Positions 37,479-52,217 of a stretch of DNA of 64,000 nucleotides are shown here, piece after piece. Source of the DNA: Escherichia virus TH47; sequence record MT446416.1. The stretch is one strand, 5' to 3'. Positions within the stretch are counted from its first letter, which is position 1; every line of letters begins with the position of its first letter. Under the pieces are notes generated by a model, which saw nothing but the letters and a program-made list of their open reading frames with translations, did no database searches and was not told where the DNA came from. The position numbers and the translations under genes were made by a program.

Positions 37479-38950
37479 TTTTCCCAATCCTTAACATCTA
37501 TGATACTATGAGGATATTGTGCTTCCTTATAGTATTGTAAACGTTCACGTAAGTGTTTTGCACTATATTTGTTTGTACCACTGATATCAAAGATTTCCAC
37601 GTGGTCTTTGTCTTCTGCACGACGCAACCCACGACCAATGGACTGTATTGTACGAACGAAGCTTTTTCCTGGTTCGATTAGAACGACATTATACAAACGA
37701 GAAATACTGATACCAGTACTTGCTACCCCATAGGTTGCAATGAGTATTTTGTTATCAGCCCAGCGAATTTCACCATATGAAGATTCACGGTCTTTCTTTT
37801 TGGTTTCCCCACGAACAAATTCTGACTTAGGAATACCCAAAAATTCACAAAGCAATTCACCAGCTTCAAGTCTATCAACCAGTACTAAAGTGTTTCCAGA
37901 TTCTGCTAACGCACCTATCAGTGATGCTACATATGCCATTCTATCACGGTCAGTAACTAAGTACTTTAATTCTTCTGCATATGACGCGAACTTTAAATTA
38001 CTTTTAAGTTTAATACAGTTCACATTACATGTGCTTAGTATTTTTTTATCTTGTAATTCTTTAGCTGTGATTTTAAATATCACATCACCAACGTTACATT
38101 TAATCTTCGCAGCGACAACTTGGTCTTTAGGGATTGTACCAGTTAATCCCCAGCGAAGTGGGACGTTATTCATAACTTTAGAGAGTACTTGAACTAATGC
38201 ATCACCACCAGCACCTTGACACTCATCGACAATCACACAAACCACACCATCAATAAAGTCATGAACGTCTTGTTCAGTCAGTTCAATTTCACCTTTCTTT
38301 GTTTTCTTCCACAAAGAGTTGAATGACTGCCAGGTAGTTATTGTGTGTTGGTGACCAAAGTCTTTCTGTGCACCATAGAACACTCCAGTGTCAAGACCAC
38401 ACATAACATAGTCATCATATGTTTGCTGCACCAAATCAGTACTAGGTACGATAATCACAGAACGTCCATACTCTTGTACCTTCTTGGATAATGCCGCTGT
38501 GATGAGCGTTTTACCAGCCCCTGTAGCTGCTAATAATAAACCATGTGGGTTTGCAAGGCAAGCATTAACTGCGTTCACCTGATGCTCTCTGAGCTTGATT
38601 GACTTACCTTCCATGTGGTGTCCAGCACCAAACACAACATCACTAAAAATATCTTCATCAATTGGTTCAAAATTGAATCCATAATTGACACGATGATCTT
38701 CAAGTTCAATATCAATTTTTGCTTCATCTAAGATTGGCAACAACTTATCCAACATGTGGTAGTAAGTACTGCCACCTAAGTTCATAAACTGTACCTTACC
38801 ATCCCAACGACCAATACGACCAGCAGGGGTGAACTTAGCGTATGGAAGTACATATTCTGTTGCACGAATCATCTTCTGACGAATTGAGGGATCTAGTCCC
38901 TCAAATTTACAATTAACCTCGTCCAGTAAGGTTAGCTTACAAGTTTTCAT
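37466..38950 (-). CDS. uvsW: SF2 DNA helicase (T4 UvsW-like)
   Basis: Walker A LLAATGAGKT, DEAH-like VIVDECQ, helicase C-terminal motifs; 494 aa. Confidence 0.75.
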   Translation of the reverse strand: MKTCKLTLLDEVNCKFEGLDPSIRQKMIRATEYVLPYAKFTPAGRIGRWDGKVQFMNLGGSTYYHMLDKLLPILDEAKIDIELEDHRVNYGFNFEPIDEDIFSDVVFGAGHHMEGKSIKLREHQVNAVNACLANPHGLLLAATGAGKTLITAALSKKVQEYGRSVIIVPSTDLVQQTYDDYVMCGLDTGVFYGAQKDFGHQHTITTWQSFNSLWKKTKKGEIELTEQDVHDFIDGVVCVIVDECQGAGGDALVQVLSKVMNNVPLRWGLTGTIPKDQVVAAKIKCNVGDVIFKITAKELQDKKILSTCNVNCIKLKSNLKFASYAEELKYLVTDRDRMAYVASLIGALAESGNTLVLVDRLEAGELLCEFLGIPKSEFVRGETKKKDRESSYGEIRWADNKILIATYGVASTGISISRLYNVVLIEPGKSFVRTIQSIGRGLRRAEDKDHVEIFDISGTNKYSAKHLRERLQYYKEAQYPHSIIDVKDWENTAG

Positions 38951-38965
38951 CCATGAATACCTTTA

Positions 38966-39784
38966 TTAATTAGTTCGAGTATTATATTCGTACTCAAATG
39001 TATATACTAAATCTTTATCACAGTTTGGGTTACTTGCATCAAGGATATCACTATTACTAATCATCCATTCAATATAGTTCAATGGAACAGTTTCCATTGG
39101 TTCACCTTTGTGTTTACCGAATGGCATGAATTTATAACGCATTGGTGTATTACAGAATGTTACTATTTGTTCACCAATGTCACCATTAGGGTCAATATGA
39201 CCACGTTCAATAGCAACTTCAATCAATTTGATTAGAACTTGGTAACACATGAATACGTCATCTTTTGCTGCGTGAGCATTCACTGCACGATGTACGTCAC
39301 GATAGCAACCAAATTTATACCACAAATAACTTAGAGTTAAGTTTTTGAATTCAGTGTCTTCTGCAAACATCTTCTTAGCTAAACGAAGGGTACAAATCCA
39401 TTTATCTTCATCGAGCAAGTACTGCGAAACTGAGTTACGATATTTATATTCGTTATCTACCATCATTCGGCGGTCAAATTGAACGTTGTGTCCAATAAAA
39501 TAATCACGACACCCCATGAGTGCGTCGATGTTTTCTAAGTCATCTTTATAACCAATGCAGTTTGCTACATCTTCAGTACTGATAAAATGCACAGCACTTG
39601 CTTCGGGTGGTATATCTTTTAGTGGTTTATAACGCAAAGTGTAGTTATCAATAGTATCAATATTCTCATGTGCACCGTGAGGATATGAAATACTAAATTC
39701 AATAATATCATCTTCACTTTCGACACCAGTTGTTTCGGTGTCTAGTACTGCTACATTTGATAAAAACGCATCTAATTTTGTCAT
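38966..39784 (-). CDS. DEDD-family 3'-5' exonuclease (DexA-like)
   Basis: Exo I LDTETTG...IEFS, Exo II HNVQFD, Exo III HRAVNAHAAKDD. Confidence 0.6.
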   Translation of the reverse strand: MTKLDAFLSNVAVLDTETTGVESEDDIIEFSISYPHGAHENIDTIDNYTLRYKPLKDIPPEASAVHFISTEDVANCIGYKDDLENIDALMGCRDYFIGHNVQFDRRMMVDNEYKYRNSVSQYLLDEDKWICTLRLAKKMFAEDTEFKNLTLSYLWYKFGCYRDVHRAVNAHAAKDDVFMCYQVLIKLIEVAIERGHIDPNGDIGEQIVTFCNTPMRYKFMPFGKHKGEPMETVPLNYIEWMISNSDILDASNPNCDKDLVYTFEYEYNTRTN

Positions 39785-39821
39785 TTTATTCTCGCATAGA
39801 AAAAGGACGCGAAATGCGTCC

Positions 39822-40541
39822 TTATGATATATTTTCTAGAACAATTTGAATATGATCTTCATCGTATTTTATTCTCAACAATTTAATATTATTTTGATTA
39901 CAATAATCATTCTTTATTTTATCATTTTTCTGAGTTAGTTTTAGTTTTTCTTTACCACCCCAACCACATGATTCAAAATGTTGAAGACCATCATATTCAA
40001 TACACATATTAAACGTTGGAAGATAAAAATCAAATCTCAAAGGAAGTATATTTTTACAATCATCAAACGTTTTTTCCATTACACACGATACATTTTTCAT
40101 ATCCAAAATGTTACGTATGTCTTTAACTGCCTTTGACATTTTATCAGATATTGCACATTTAATACAACCCTTTCCTGATAAATGGTCATTTGCTCTTTGT
40201 AAAAAATCACCATGTATTTTACAAGTTATAGTGAGTTTTTGTTTGTTGTTTTTGCCATATACAACTTTATCATAGTTATATCTATCACTATGTATTTTAT
40301 AAGATTCCTCAATGAAGGTTTCAGTTGTATGTTTGGAACGTCTTGAACATTTAGTACATCCAGCACCTCTGTAATGGACTTTAACAAATTGCTCATAATC
40401 ACCATGTATTTTACAAGTTACAATAACTTTTGAATTTACATTCTCATATACTGTTTTATCATATAAGAATATATCACCATAAATTGATTTTGATTTTTCT
40501 ATAAATTGTTCTGTTGTTTGCTTTTTATTATTTGCACCCAT
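39822..40541 (-). CDS. putative homing endonuclease (tandem zinc-ribbons + restriction-endonuclease-like domain)
   Basis: Two CKIHGD...G-GC-KC modules, then FDFYLP...IEYDGLQHF...K...LLRI; start ATG 40541 with AGGTGA RBS. Confidence 0.5.
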   Translation of the reverse strand: MGANNKKQTTEQFIEKSKSIYGDIFLYDKTVYENVNSKVIVTCKIHGDYEQFVKVHYRGAGCTKCSRRSKHTTETFIEESYKIHSDRYNYDKVVYGKNNKQKLTITCKIHGDFLQRANDHLSGKGCIKCAISDKMSKAVKDIRNILDMKNVSCVMEKTFDDCKNILPLRFDFYLPTFNMCIEYDGLQHFESCGWGGKEKLKLTQKNDKIKNDYCNQNNIKLLRIKYDEDHIQIVLENIS

Positions 40542-40554
40542 AACCGTATCACCT

Positions 40555-40590
40555 AACAAAAAAGACAGTTTTATATAAAACTGTCTTTTA
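40555..40590 (-). terminator. hairpin terminator between uvsY-like gene and homing endonuclease gene
   Basis: Perfect 10-bp stem aaagacagtt/aactgtcttt with 8-nt loop; A-run on plus gives U-run on minus transcript. Confidence 0.5.
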
Positions 40591-40601
40591 TTTAATTTAT
40601 A

Positions 40602-41063
40602 TTAGTCTAGTCGGCTATCTTCAATACCCGCAGCACGTAGTCTCACAATATTGTTTAACTGAAAAGCTTTCATCTCTAAGGATTTAACAATACTGGAATA
40701 TGTGTTACGGATATATGATACTTCATTTATAAGTTCAGATAATTCACAAACTTCTTTATCACCCTCAACATACTTTTTACAGTCAGAGGATGATAGTGCT
40801 CGACGATATGCTTCAAGGAAATATTTAAACTTTTCAGCTTGTAGTTGACGCATTTCAATTTCTAGCATTTCAAGTACAGCTTCAAGTTCTTGAAGCTGGC
40901 TGAGACGTGTCTCATGCCAGCCGGGAATCTCCTGTGCAATCTTCTCAATAATGCCAATCTTCTTAACTTCACGACGAGCTTCTTCAGTTTCTTTTTCGAA
41001 GTACTCAATCATGTCGATAATTTTAGATTTGTCATCTTTGATAATCCAGTGCCAAGGTTTCAT
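40602..41063 (-). CDS. candidate recombination mediator (UvsY-like)
   Basis: 153-aa coiled-coil protein directly downstream of uvsX; weak similarity to T4 UvsY in the C-terminal half. Confidence 0.35.
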   Translation of the reverse strand: MKPWHWIIKDDKSKIIDMIEYFEKETEEARREVKKIGIIEKIAQEIPGWHETRLSQLQELEAVLEMLEIEMRQLQAEKFKYFLEAYRRALSSSDCKKYVEGDKEVCELSELINEVSYIRNTYSSIVKSLEMKAFQLNNIVRLRAAGIEDSRLD

Positions 41064-42181
41064 TATTCCTCACTAGTGTCGATATCAGTACCAAATGATT
41101 CATCACCTTTTTCTTCTTCTTTGACGTCTTCAATCAACGGGTGACGTTTGAATTGATTCATAACTAAATCAAGGCAAGAATCTTCGTTACGCATCCATTC
41201 TTTACGATATTTTAGAATCTGTTCACCAGTGTCTATATCAACGTACATTAGACGGTTACCCGATTTAACGATAAGTTCATATTTCTCAAACATATCTAGT
41301 AGACCACTGCGTGGGTCCATACCTTTATCCCAAGGAATTTTAATCTCAACATCTTCAAATGGCTTGTTGTAACGAGTCTTCATGACTTTACATTTAGAAC
41401 GAATACCACTTACATCTGAAGTCTTGTTGCCTTCTTCATCTTCTTTAAGTTTTAGTTTACCCATTGCGATAACCATAGAAGATGCATAAATCAAACCACT
41501 ACCACCAGATACTTTTGGGTCAGGGTTGAACATATCTTGGGATTCATAACTATGGTTTACACAAACCATACCAATGTTAAGTGAACCAATCGAGTTTACG
41601 CAGTTGGTGATGTAAGCTTTAAGCTGTTTAGGTTTGTGACCCATATCACCTTTCAAGTTACCAGCTTTCATCTGGTCATTAGCAACTTCAGTATTCAACA
41701 TACCAATTGAGTCGATAATGAATAATACTTTTTGACGTTCTTCTTTAGGAGTATTTTCGTATTCTTTACGATACCCTTCGATGAACTCATAGGTAAATTT
41801 AGCAACATCACCAATCATACCCATGTTTACTTTTAGTAGTTTTTCTTCTGAAGTGTCTACGCCTAGTGCTTGTAGCCAATCTGAATCCAATGCGTTCTCG
41901 GAATCAATCATAACAACAAAGATACCTTGTTGTTGTGCTTCACGGGCGATGTTTCCAGAAACGATAAATGATTTACCAGAACCAGATTCACCAGCAAACA
42001 TTGTTACTTTACCTAGTGGAATACCACGGTCAAAATAACCACTAATACGATAGTTCAAAGCAAAGTTACCAGTACTAATCCATGTATCAGGATCATGAAA
42101 GCCTACACTAACACCAGTATTCTTTTTAACACTACCAGTACTATTTTTTAGAATGTTTGCAAAACCACTTGTCATTTTCAT
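41063..42181 (-). CDS. uvsX: RecA-like recombinase (T4 UvsX-like)
   Basis: Walker A GESGSGKS and C-terminal GMDPRSGLLDM (T4 UvsX GIDPYSGLLDM). Confidence 0.85.
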   Translation of the reverse strand: MKMTSGFANILKNSTGSVKKNTGVSVGFHDPDTWISTGNFALNYRISGYFDRGIPLGKVTMFAGESGSGKSFIVSGNIAREAQQQGIFVVMIDSENALDSDWLQALGVDTSEEKLLKVNMGMIGDVAKFTYEFIEGYRKEYENTPKEERQKVLFIIDSIGMLNTEVANDQMKAGNLKGDMGHKPKQLKAYITNCVNSIGSLNIGMVCVNHSYESQDMFNPDPKVSGGSGLIYASSMVIAMGKLKLKEDEEGNKTSDVSGIRSKCKVMKTRYNKPFEDVEIKIPWDKGMDPRSGLLDMFEKYELIVKSGNRLMYVDIDTGEQILKYRKEWMRNEDSCLDLVMNQFKRHPLIEDVKEEEKGDESFGTDIDTSEE

Positions 42182-42250
42182 AATTCGCTCCTTGAATTTT
42201 ATGAAATAAAACGGGGCAAACTCCGTTGCCCCTTAACTTTTCAAATACTA

Positions 42251-43318
42251 TTACTTACCTTGTTGTTTCAAACGAGCAACTAGTGCAGATGCAGAAAGTT
42301 GTTCTTTTGGAGCTTCAGCTACTGGTGCTGGTGCAGTAGCTACTGGTTCAGCAGCAGGAGTAGGAGTAGCTACTGGTGCTTGCGGTGCAGGAGTTTGTGC
42401 AGGAGCAGGTTGTTGTACTGGAGCTTGTGGAGCAGGTTTGTTTTCACTAATAGTACCAGTTGTTGGTTTTTGTACACCTGCTGGACGGTAAGCGAAAGCC
42501 CAACGTGCAGGGTCATAAGGTTTACCATCAACAGATGCTTCGAACATTTCTTCGATAGCTTTTAGTTCTTCTGGAGTTGGTTGTTTTGGCATAAAATCAT
42601 TTAGATTATATAGACCAAACTTTTCAATCGCTGCTAGTTCTTCTTCATTGAGTGGACGCTCGGACATGGAGAATTGAGACATGTCATAGCTATTGTAACC
42701 ACCACCATTCTTAGTTTTAACAATACCAAAGTCACGACCATGAATATAGTGAGTTGGTAGTTCTTTGATGCCTGGATTTAGCAGGATAGATTTAACTTTA
42801 TCAAAGATATCTTTGTTAGCTAGGATACGACGGATTGGGTTTTCTGGAGCAATATCGTCTTTTACTGCTACGCTATCAGGAGCAACGAAACATTGCATTA
42901 GATAGGTTTTCTTTTTCCAGTAACGACCAGCCATTGCTTTCAGTTCTTCGTTTCCAGTTTCATTCGCACTTTGGAACCATTGACGTACTTCTTTAAGAAT
43001 TGGACATGATTTAGGAACCCACATTTCGTTACATGGTACTTGAACGGTAACTTTATCAGTGTGCATACCAACAATACCTTGGAACGTTAGGTTGATCATA
43101 TCACGTTCACGCCAGAAGAATGGGTTAGACTCATCAGCATCTGGTAGAAAACGTAGGTTTAGTGGTTCATTGTAAGGGACATTCCAGAAAGCTAGGAAAG
43201 AATCGGCTTTACGGTCGCCTGTAAATGTACCATTCTTCTGTGCTTCTGCTTTTTCTTGTTCAGCTTTTAGTTTTGCACGAATTTCAGCTAGAGTTTGCAT
43301 ATTGGGCTTCCTTGTCAT
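42251..43318 (-). CDS. gp32: single-stranded DNA-binding protein (T4 gp32-like)
   Basis: LNLRFLPDAD (T4 VIRFLPSKND) and zinc-site cysteines; Pro/Ala-rich C-terminal tail. Confidence 0.8.
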   Translation of the reverse strand: MTRKPNMQTLAEIRAKLKAEQEKAEAQKNGTFTGDRKADSFLAFWNVPYNEPLNLRFLPDADESNPFFWRERDMINLTFQGIVGMHTDKVTVQVPCNEMWVPKSCPILKEVRQWFQSANETGNEELKAMAGRYWKKKTYLMQCFVAPDSVAVKDDIAPENPIRRILANKDIFDKVKSILLNPGIKELPTHYIHGRDFGIVKTKNGGGYNSYDMSQFSMSERPLNEEELAAIEKFGLYNLNDFMPKQPTPEELKAIEEMFEASVDGKPYDPARWAFAYRPAGVQKPTTGTISENKPAPQAPVQQPAPAQTPAPQAPVATPTPAAEPVATAPAPVAEAPKEQLSASALVARLKQQGK

Positions 43319-43397
43319 TAGTTTGTTTGTTAAGTTTTAACGGGCTATTAACGTTGATTTGTCTTCATTGACTCATCAACAATTTACATTATATCAT

Positions 43398-43407
43398 GGG
43401 ATTTTTA
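43398..43407 (-). promoter_or_regulatory. extended -10-like element TGATATAATG (proximal copy) upstream of gp32
   Basis: Minus-strand TGATATAATG about 80 nt upstream of the gp32 ATG; same 10-mer at 43468 and 37444. Confidence 0.3.
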
Positions 43408-43467
43408 ACCGTCCCAAGGTTTTTTACTCTGTTTGTCAAGGCTCATTGCCCTGACAAACATCATTAT

Positions 43468-48707
<5,240 letters not shown>

Positions 48708-48721
48708 TCACTTTCCCAGAT

Positions 48722-48735
48722 TTGATAAATAATAT
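48722..48735 (+). promoter_or_regulatory. late-type promoter motif, distal copy (TTGATAAATAATATCATA)
   Basis: Near-identical to the minus-strand motif upstream of gp23 (CTATAAATAATATCATA). Confidence 0.4.
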
Positions 48736-48785
48736 CATAGAGATCAGGGAATATTGCCTTAAATTTAAATGTGGTTTATATTTTT

Positions 48786-48798
48786 TGATAAATAATAT
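48786..48798 (+). promoter_or_regulatory. late-type promoter motif, proximal copy
   Basis: Second copy of TTTGATAAATAATAT 64 bp downstream of the first; about 45 nt upstream of ATG 48841. Confidence 0.4.
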
Positions 48799-48840
48799 TA
48801 AGCAGGGTGTTCCTGCACAAAATTTGACAAGGAGATTTTT

Positions 48841-49440
48841 ATGAGTCTTAATTCTTTTAACCGTAACTATGGTATGTCTGCTACTGCTCGTGAATACTGG
48901 GGTGGTAACAATGGTTTCGTAACCATCGTTGTTGATCTACCAGCAGATGTTGAAGTTGGTACTACCGCTGTTACTTCTGACGGTTCCGAAATTCAAGATG
49001 AAGCACTACAAACTGCAATCAGTAATGCTCAATACAACCAATTCATGATTACCCAACTACTACAACAACGTGCAGTACTAGTTACTACTTCCGTACTAGC
49101 TCTAGACACCGCTGTTGTTATCCCTGCTGACTTTAAAACCGTTGGTGGTAACGTAATCGCGTTTGGTACTAGTGGTACTGATGTTGCAGGTGGTGCTGGT
49201 TCTGTTGCTCTAACCTTCATCTGTGAACGTCAAGACGTATTTGACAAACAAGAAGTTCGCCCAGGTGCTGCTTACTCTGTTCCAGTTGATCCAACTGTTG
49301 AACTAGCTAAAGCAATTGCACAAGCTAAATTCTTCCGTACCAAATCTTATGTTGCTCTAGGTACTGATGGTGTTGGTGATGCTGCTGCGGCTGACGCTGT
49401 TGCAATTAAAGTTCGTGCTGCTCTACCAGTACAACTATAA
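48841..49440 (+). CDS. Ala/Val/Thr-rich protein, probable abundant virion protein (paralog 1)
   Basis: Strong RBS AAGGAGA; codon usage like gp23 (CTA Leu, CGT Arg); shares QQRAVLVTTS and FICERQDVFDK blocks with the next gene. Confidence 0.5.
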   Translation: MSLNSFNRNYGMSATAREYWGGNNGFVTIVVDLPADVEVGTTAVTSDGSEIQDEALQTAISNAQYNQFMITQLLQQRAVLVTTSVLALDTAVVIPADFKTVGGNVIAFGTSGTDVAGGAGSVALTFICERQDVFDKQEVRPGAAYSVPVDPTVELAKAIAQAKFFRTKSYVALGTDGVGDAAAADAVAIKVRAALPVQL

Positions 49441-49455
49441 TAGGGGGACTACAAT

Positions 49456-50145
49456 ATGTCTAATACTAATACTTCTTTTGAACGTATCAATGGTTATTCC
49501 TTTGATAAAATTCTAGGTTACTTCTGTGGTAAAAACGCCCTAGCATCTATCGCAATTAGTAAAATTGGTAATGTTAACGTGCGTGTTACTGGTGCAGTTG
49601 GTTCTTTCGCTGGTCTACAACGTTTCCTAAACACTGACGTAGCTGATGAAATCGTTGCATATCTAAACGAAAAAGGTATCATCCGTATCGATGGTACTCC
49701 ATTTGAAGCAGCAACTCTAGAAGCTGATTATAACGCTGCTTACGCTGCACAAACTAACGTTAAACGTATCGTTGATGTTGTTCAACAACGTGCAGTTATC
49801 ATCGCTACTTCCGAAATCGCTGGCAACGACGCTGAGCCATTTGCAGTTACTGGTTTTACCAACGCTGCTGACGGTATCCTAAGTGTTGGTGCTGTTGATA
49901 TCGCTAGTGCTTCAGTAGTTACTTTCCTCGTTGAACGTGCTAACGTATTTGATAAAGATATTCAATCTTTCCAAGGCGTTCCGAGTACTGAGATCGAAGA
50001 AGGCCGTCTACTAATTGATGACCTAACCGCAGTTCCACTACTCGCTAAAGATGGTGTTACTGAAGTTGTTCTACGTTCCCAAGCTGCTGATGCTGCTGGT
50101 GACTTCGGTATCAAACTATTCAAATTCATCCCAGCGATGGTTTAA
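49456..50145 (+). CDS. Ala/Val/Thr-rich protein, probable abundant virion protein (paralog 2)
   Basis: RBS GGGGGA; QQRAVIIATS and FLVERANVFDK blocks parallel the upstream gene. Confidence 0.5.
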   Translation: MSNTNTSFERINGYSFDKILGYFCGKNALASIAISKIGNVNVRVTGAVGSFAGLQRFLNTDVADEIVAYLNEKGIIRIDGTPFEAATLEADYNAAYAAQTNVKRIVDVVQQRAVIIATSEIAGNDAEPFAVTGFTNAADGILSVGAVDIASASVVTFLVERANVFDKDIQSFQGVPSTEIEEGRLLIDDLTAVPLLAKDGVTEVVLRSQAADAAGDFGIKLFKFIPAMV

Positions 50146-50160
50146 TAAATTAAAGATAAA

Positions 50161-50192
50161 AGAAAAGGAGAGCTTTTGCTCTCCTTTTTTAT
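50161..50192. terminator. bidirectional Rho-independent terminator
   Basis: Stem ggagagc/gctctcc with tttt loop, T-run downstream and A-run upstream; sits between convergent genes. Confidence 0.6.
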
Positions 50193-50914
50193 TTGTATGA
50201 ACGGAACCCTTCAGGTAAACCAGGTAGATTCTCTAACCCTTCGTTCGCATTCACTAGCTTTACGTCATAATCATCACTGAAATCATCCGTAGCTAGTTTA
50301 CGCCCCATGTCTCTAACGAAGTTGTCAATAATTTCTTCTTCGTCATTACCTGGATGACCTTCCGCTTTTAACTTTTTCCAAAAGTATTCATTATAATCAA
50401 AAACAAATTCAACTTCATTTGTTTCTGGATTAAGTACTACATCCAAATCAATCCAAGGTTCTTTACGTAAAGTAAAGATTTCCTTTGAATACTCTTGTTG
50501 TGTAATCTCTTCATAACGATATGCAAACTCGATAGCTTTAAGACGTTTGTCATCACCATCAGGCATTAGTTCGATTACTTCCATATCATACTCTTTTTGA
50601 GTAATTGCACCAGTACTCAATTTGGCATCAAGTAATTTTACATTATACTCATCACGGGTAATCTTGGAATACTTCAATTGTACATCTGCCTGTGCTATTA
50701 GATAATCAAGAGTTTCTAATACATTGTATTTCTTTTTGATATCCAACTGTGCTACATCAACTTCATATGGTGTTAGATATGTAAGTTCTGCAACTAACAT
50801 ATCAGCTTCATAATCATCGTTATAGTAGTATGCTTTCGCAATCTCTTTCGCTTTTCCAGAAAGTCCCCAGTGAGCGGGGACCATCCAGAAAGGAATAAAC
50901 CTTTTTTTAGCCAT
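50189..50914 (-). CDS. hypothetical protein
   Basis: ATG 50914 lies 2 nt after the stop of the upstream GroES-like gene; about 241 aa. Confidence 0.4.
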   Translation of the reverse strand: MAKKRFIPFWMVPAHWGLSGKAKEIAKAYYYNDDYEADMLVAELTYLTPYEVDVAQLDIKKKYNVLETLDYLIAQADVQLKYSKITRDEYNVKLLDAKLSTGAITQKEYDMEVIELMPDGDDKRLKAIEFAYRYEEITQQEYSKEIFTLRKEPWIDLDVVLNPETNEVEFVFDYNEYFWKKLKAEGHPGNDEEEIIDNFVRDMGRKLATDDFSDDYDVKLVNANEGLENLPGLPEGFRSYK

Positions 50915-51209
50915 TTGATTTCTTACCAAAAATTTCTTCAATTTTCATCACATAATATGTGTCTTCACCACCACCAAGATCTTCAGTGATAGGAGTGTTT
51001 AGTGATGAACGACCGAATACAACCATATCACCAACACAAATATTATGTTCTGCAATTTGTCCATTAGGTAGTACTTTACCTTCACCAACTGAAATCACCA
51101 TACCAACACATGGTGGTTCAACGTTTCCTAGGATAATACCACCAGTACTTTTATTCTGTGCTTCAATTTGACGAACCAGTACATAATCGTTAATCATTTT
51201 AATTTTCAT
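50907..51209 (-). CDS. GroES-like co-chaperonin (Cpn10 fold), copy 2
   Basis: NDYVLVRQIEAQNKSTGGIILG and VGDMVVFGRSS align with GroES; start ATG 51209 with GGAGG RBS. Confidence 0.6.
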   Translation of the reverse strand: MKIKMINDYVLVRQIEAQNKSTGGIILGNVEPPCVGMVISVGEGKVLPNGQIAEHNICVGDMVVFGRSSLNTPITEDLGGGEDTYYVMKIEEIFGKKSNG

Positions 51210-51210
51210 A

Positions 51211-51417
51211 TCAGTAACCTCCAGTGTTTGCAAACCATTTACCACGGAAATAAAGATTAGCACCTTTATCACCTGGGGTAAAAACTTCCAACTTCATAGT
51301 CTTCTCACCATTACATTGTGGACAATCATGAGGTTCTTCACGATTGGCAATTTTTACAATCTTTTCTAAACTGTGTTTACATTCTTCTTTTTCACAACGA
51401 TATGTATATAATGGCAT
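51211..51417 (-). CDS. zinc-ribbon protein (FmdB-like)
   Basis: YTYRCEKEEC...CPQCNG pattern; 68 aa; stop 1 nt before the GroES-like start. Confidence 0.45.
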   Translation of the reverse strand: MPLYTYRCEKEECKHSLEKIVKIANREEPHDCPQCNGEKTMKLEVFTPGDKGANLYFRGKWFANTGGY

Positions 51418-51485
51418 TTTTTTGTCTTCCTTTACTTATTTTTAAATCAAAAATTTGGGGAACTCCATGTTCCCCATTATTTATA

Positions 51486-52217
51486 TTAGCAACCAGTTAC
51501 GTAAATCTTGTATACCGCAATACCAGTGTCTAGAGTTACGTTTAGCATACCAGTTTTGGTAATACCTAGGGTAACAGATTCTGCGTTAGAAACGCGAGAT
51601 AGAGCTTGTAGAACACGGTCAATGTTATAACCAAAACCAAGACCTAGTTCACCTTCAGTTTTAGAGAATGCTAGTGCACCAACGTGGTTACTTTTGTTCT
51701 TCTCACCAACGTGGAAGTAAAGAGTATCACCTTCAGTGTATGGAGTTACTAGAGAACTGAAAGATTTAAACACACCAGAGAAGCTTTTTAGTTCCTGAAC
51801 TTTAGCTGCACTAGGTGTAACCTGTACGTCATATGGTTGTTCGTGGAAACGAGGCTGGGCTGGAATTAGTTTTTCTGGTTGAACCATGAAAGTAGTACTT
51901 GCATCTTCTGCTTTGAATGCTAGGCTCTTAACTGCACCATCTTTCAAATTAGAAGTGATAGTAGTTCCTTCAGTACTATAAGTTTTTAGAGACATTAGAC
52001 CCTGTAGAAGACCTAGGTTACCAAGACCAAAACGACCTTGAACTTCTGGTACGTTTTCTTTAGTGTGAGCACGCATAACTAGGGTGCGGTCATCGGTGTA
52101 TGCTTCCATGTAAACACGCTGTCCATCACCACGGTCTTCACTGCTAACTGCGATACAAGAAAAGTCGATGCCGTTGGTAGTGTTAACTAGGTCACGTAGT
52201 ACGTTGCGTAGATCCAT
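51486..52217 (-). CDS. gp45: sliding clamp (T4 gp45-like)
   Basis: LRDLVNTTNGIDF and FGLGNLGLLQGLMSL resemble T4 gp45 LLKNFATINSGIML and YDLNGFLGILSL; 243 aa. Confidence 0.5.
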   Translation of the reverse strand: MDLRNVLRDLVNTTNGIDFSCIAVSSEDRGDGQRVYMEAYTDDRTLVMRAHTKENVPEVQGRFGLGNLGLLQGLMSLKTYSTEGTTITSNLKDGAVKSLAFKAEDASTTFMVQPEKLIPAQPRFHEQPYDVQVTPSAAKVQELKSFSGVFKSFSSLVTPYTEGDTLYFHVGEKNKSNHVGALAFSKTEGELGLGFGYNIDRVLQALSRVSNAESVTLGITKTGMLNVTLDTGIAVYKIYVTGC

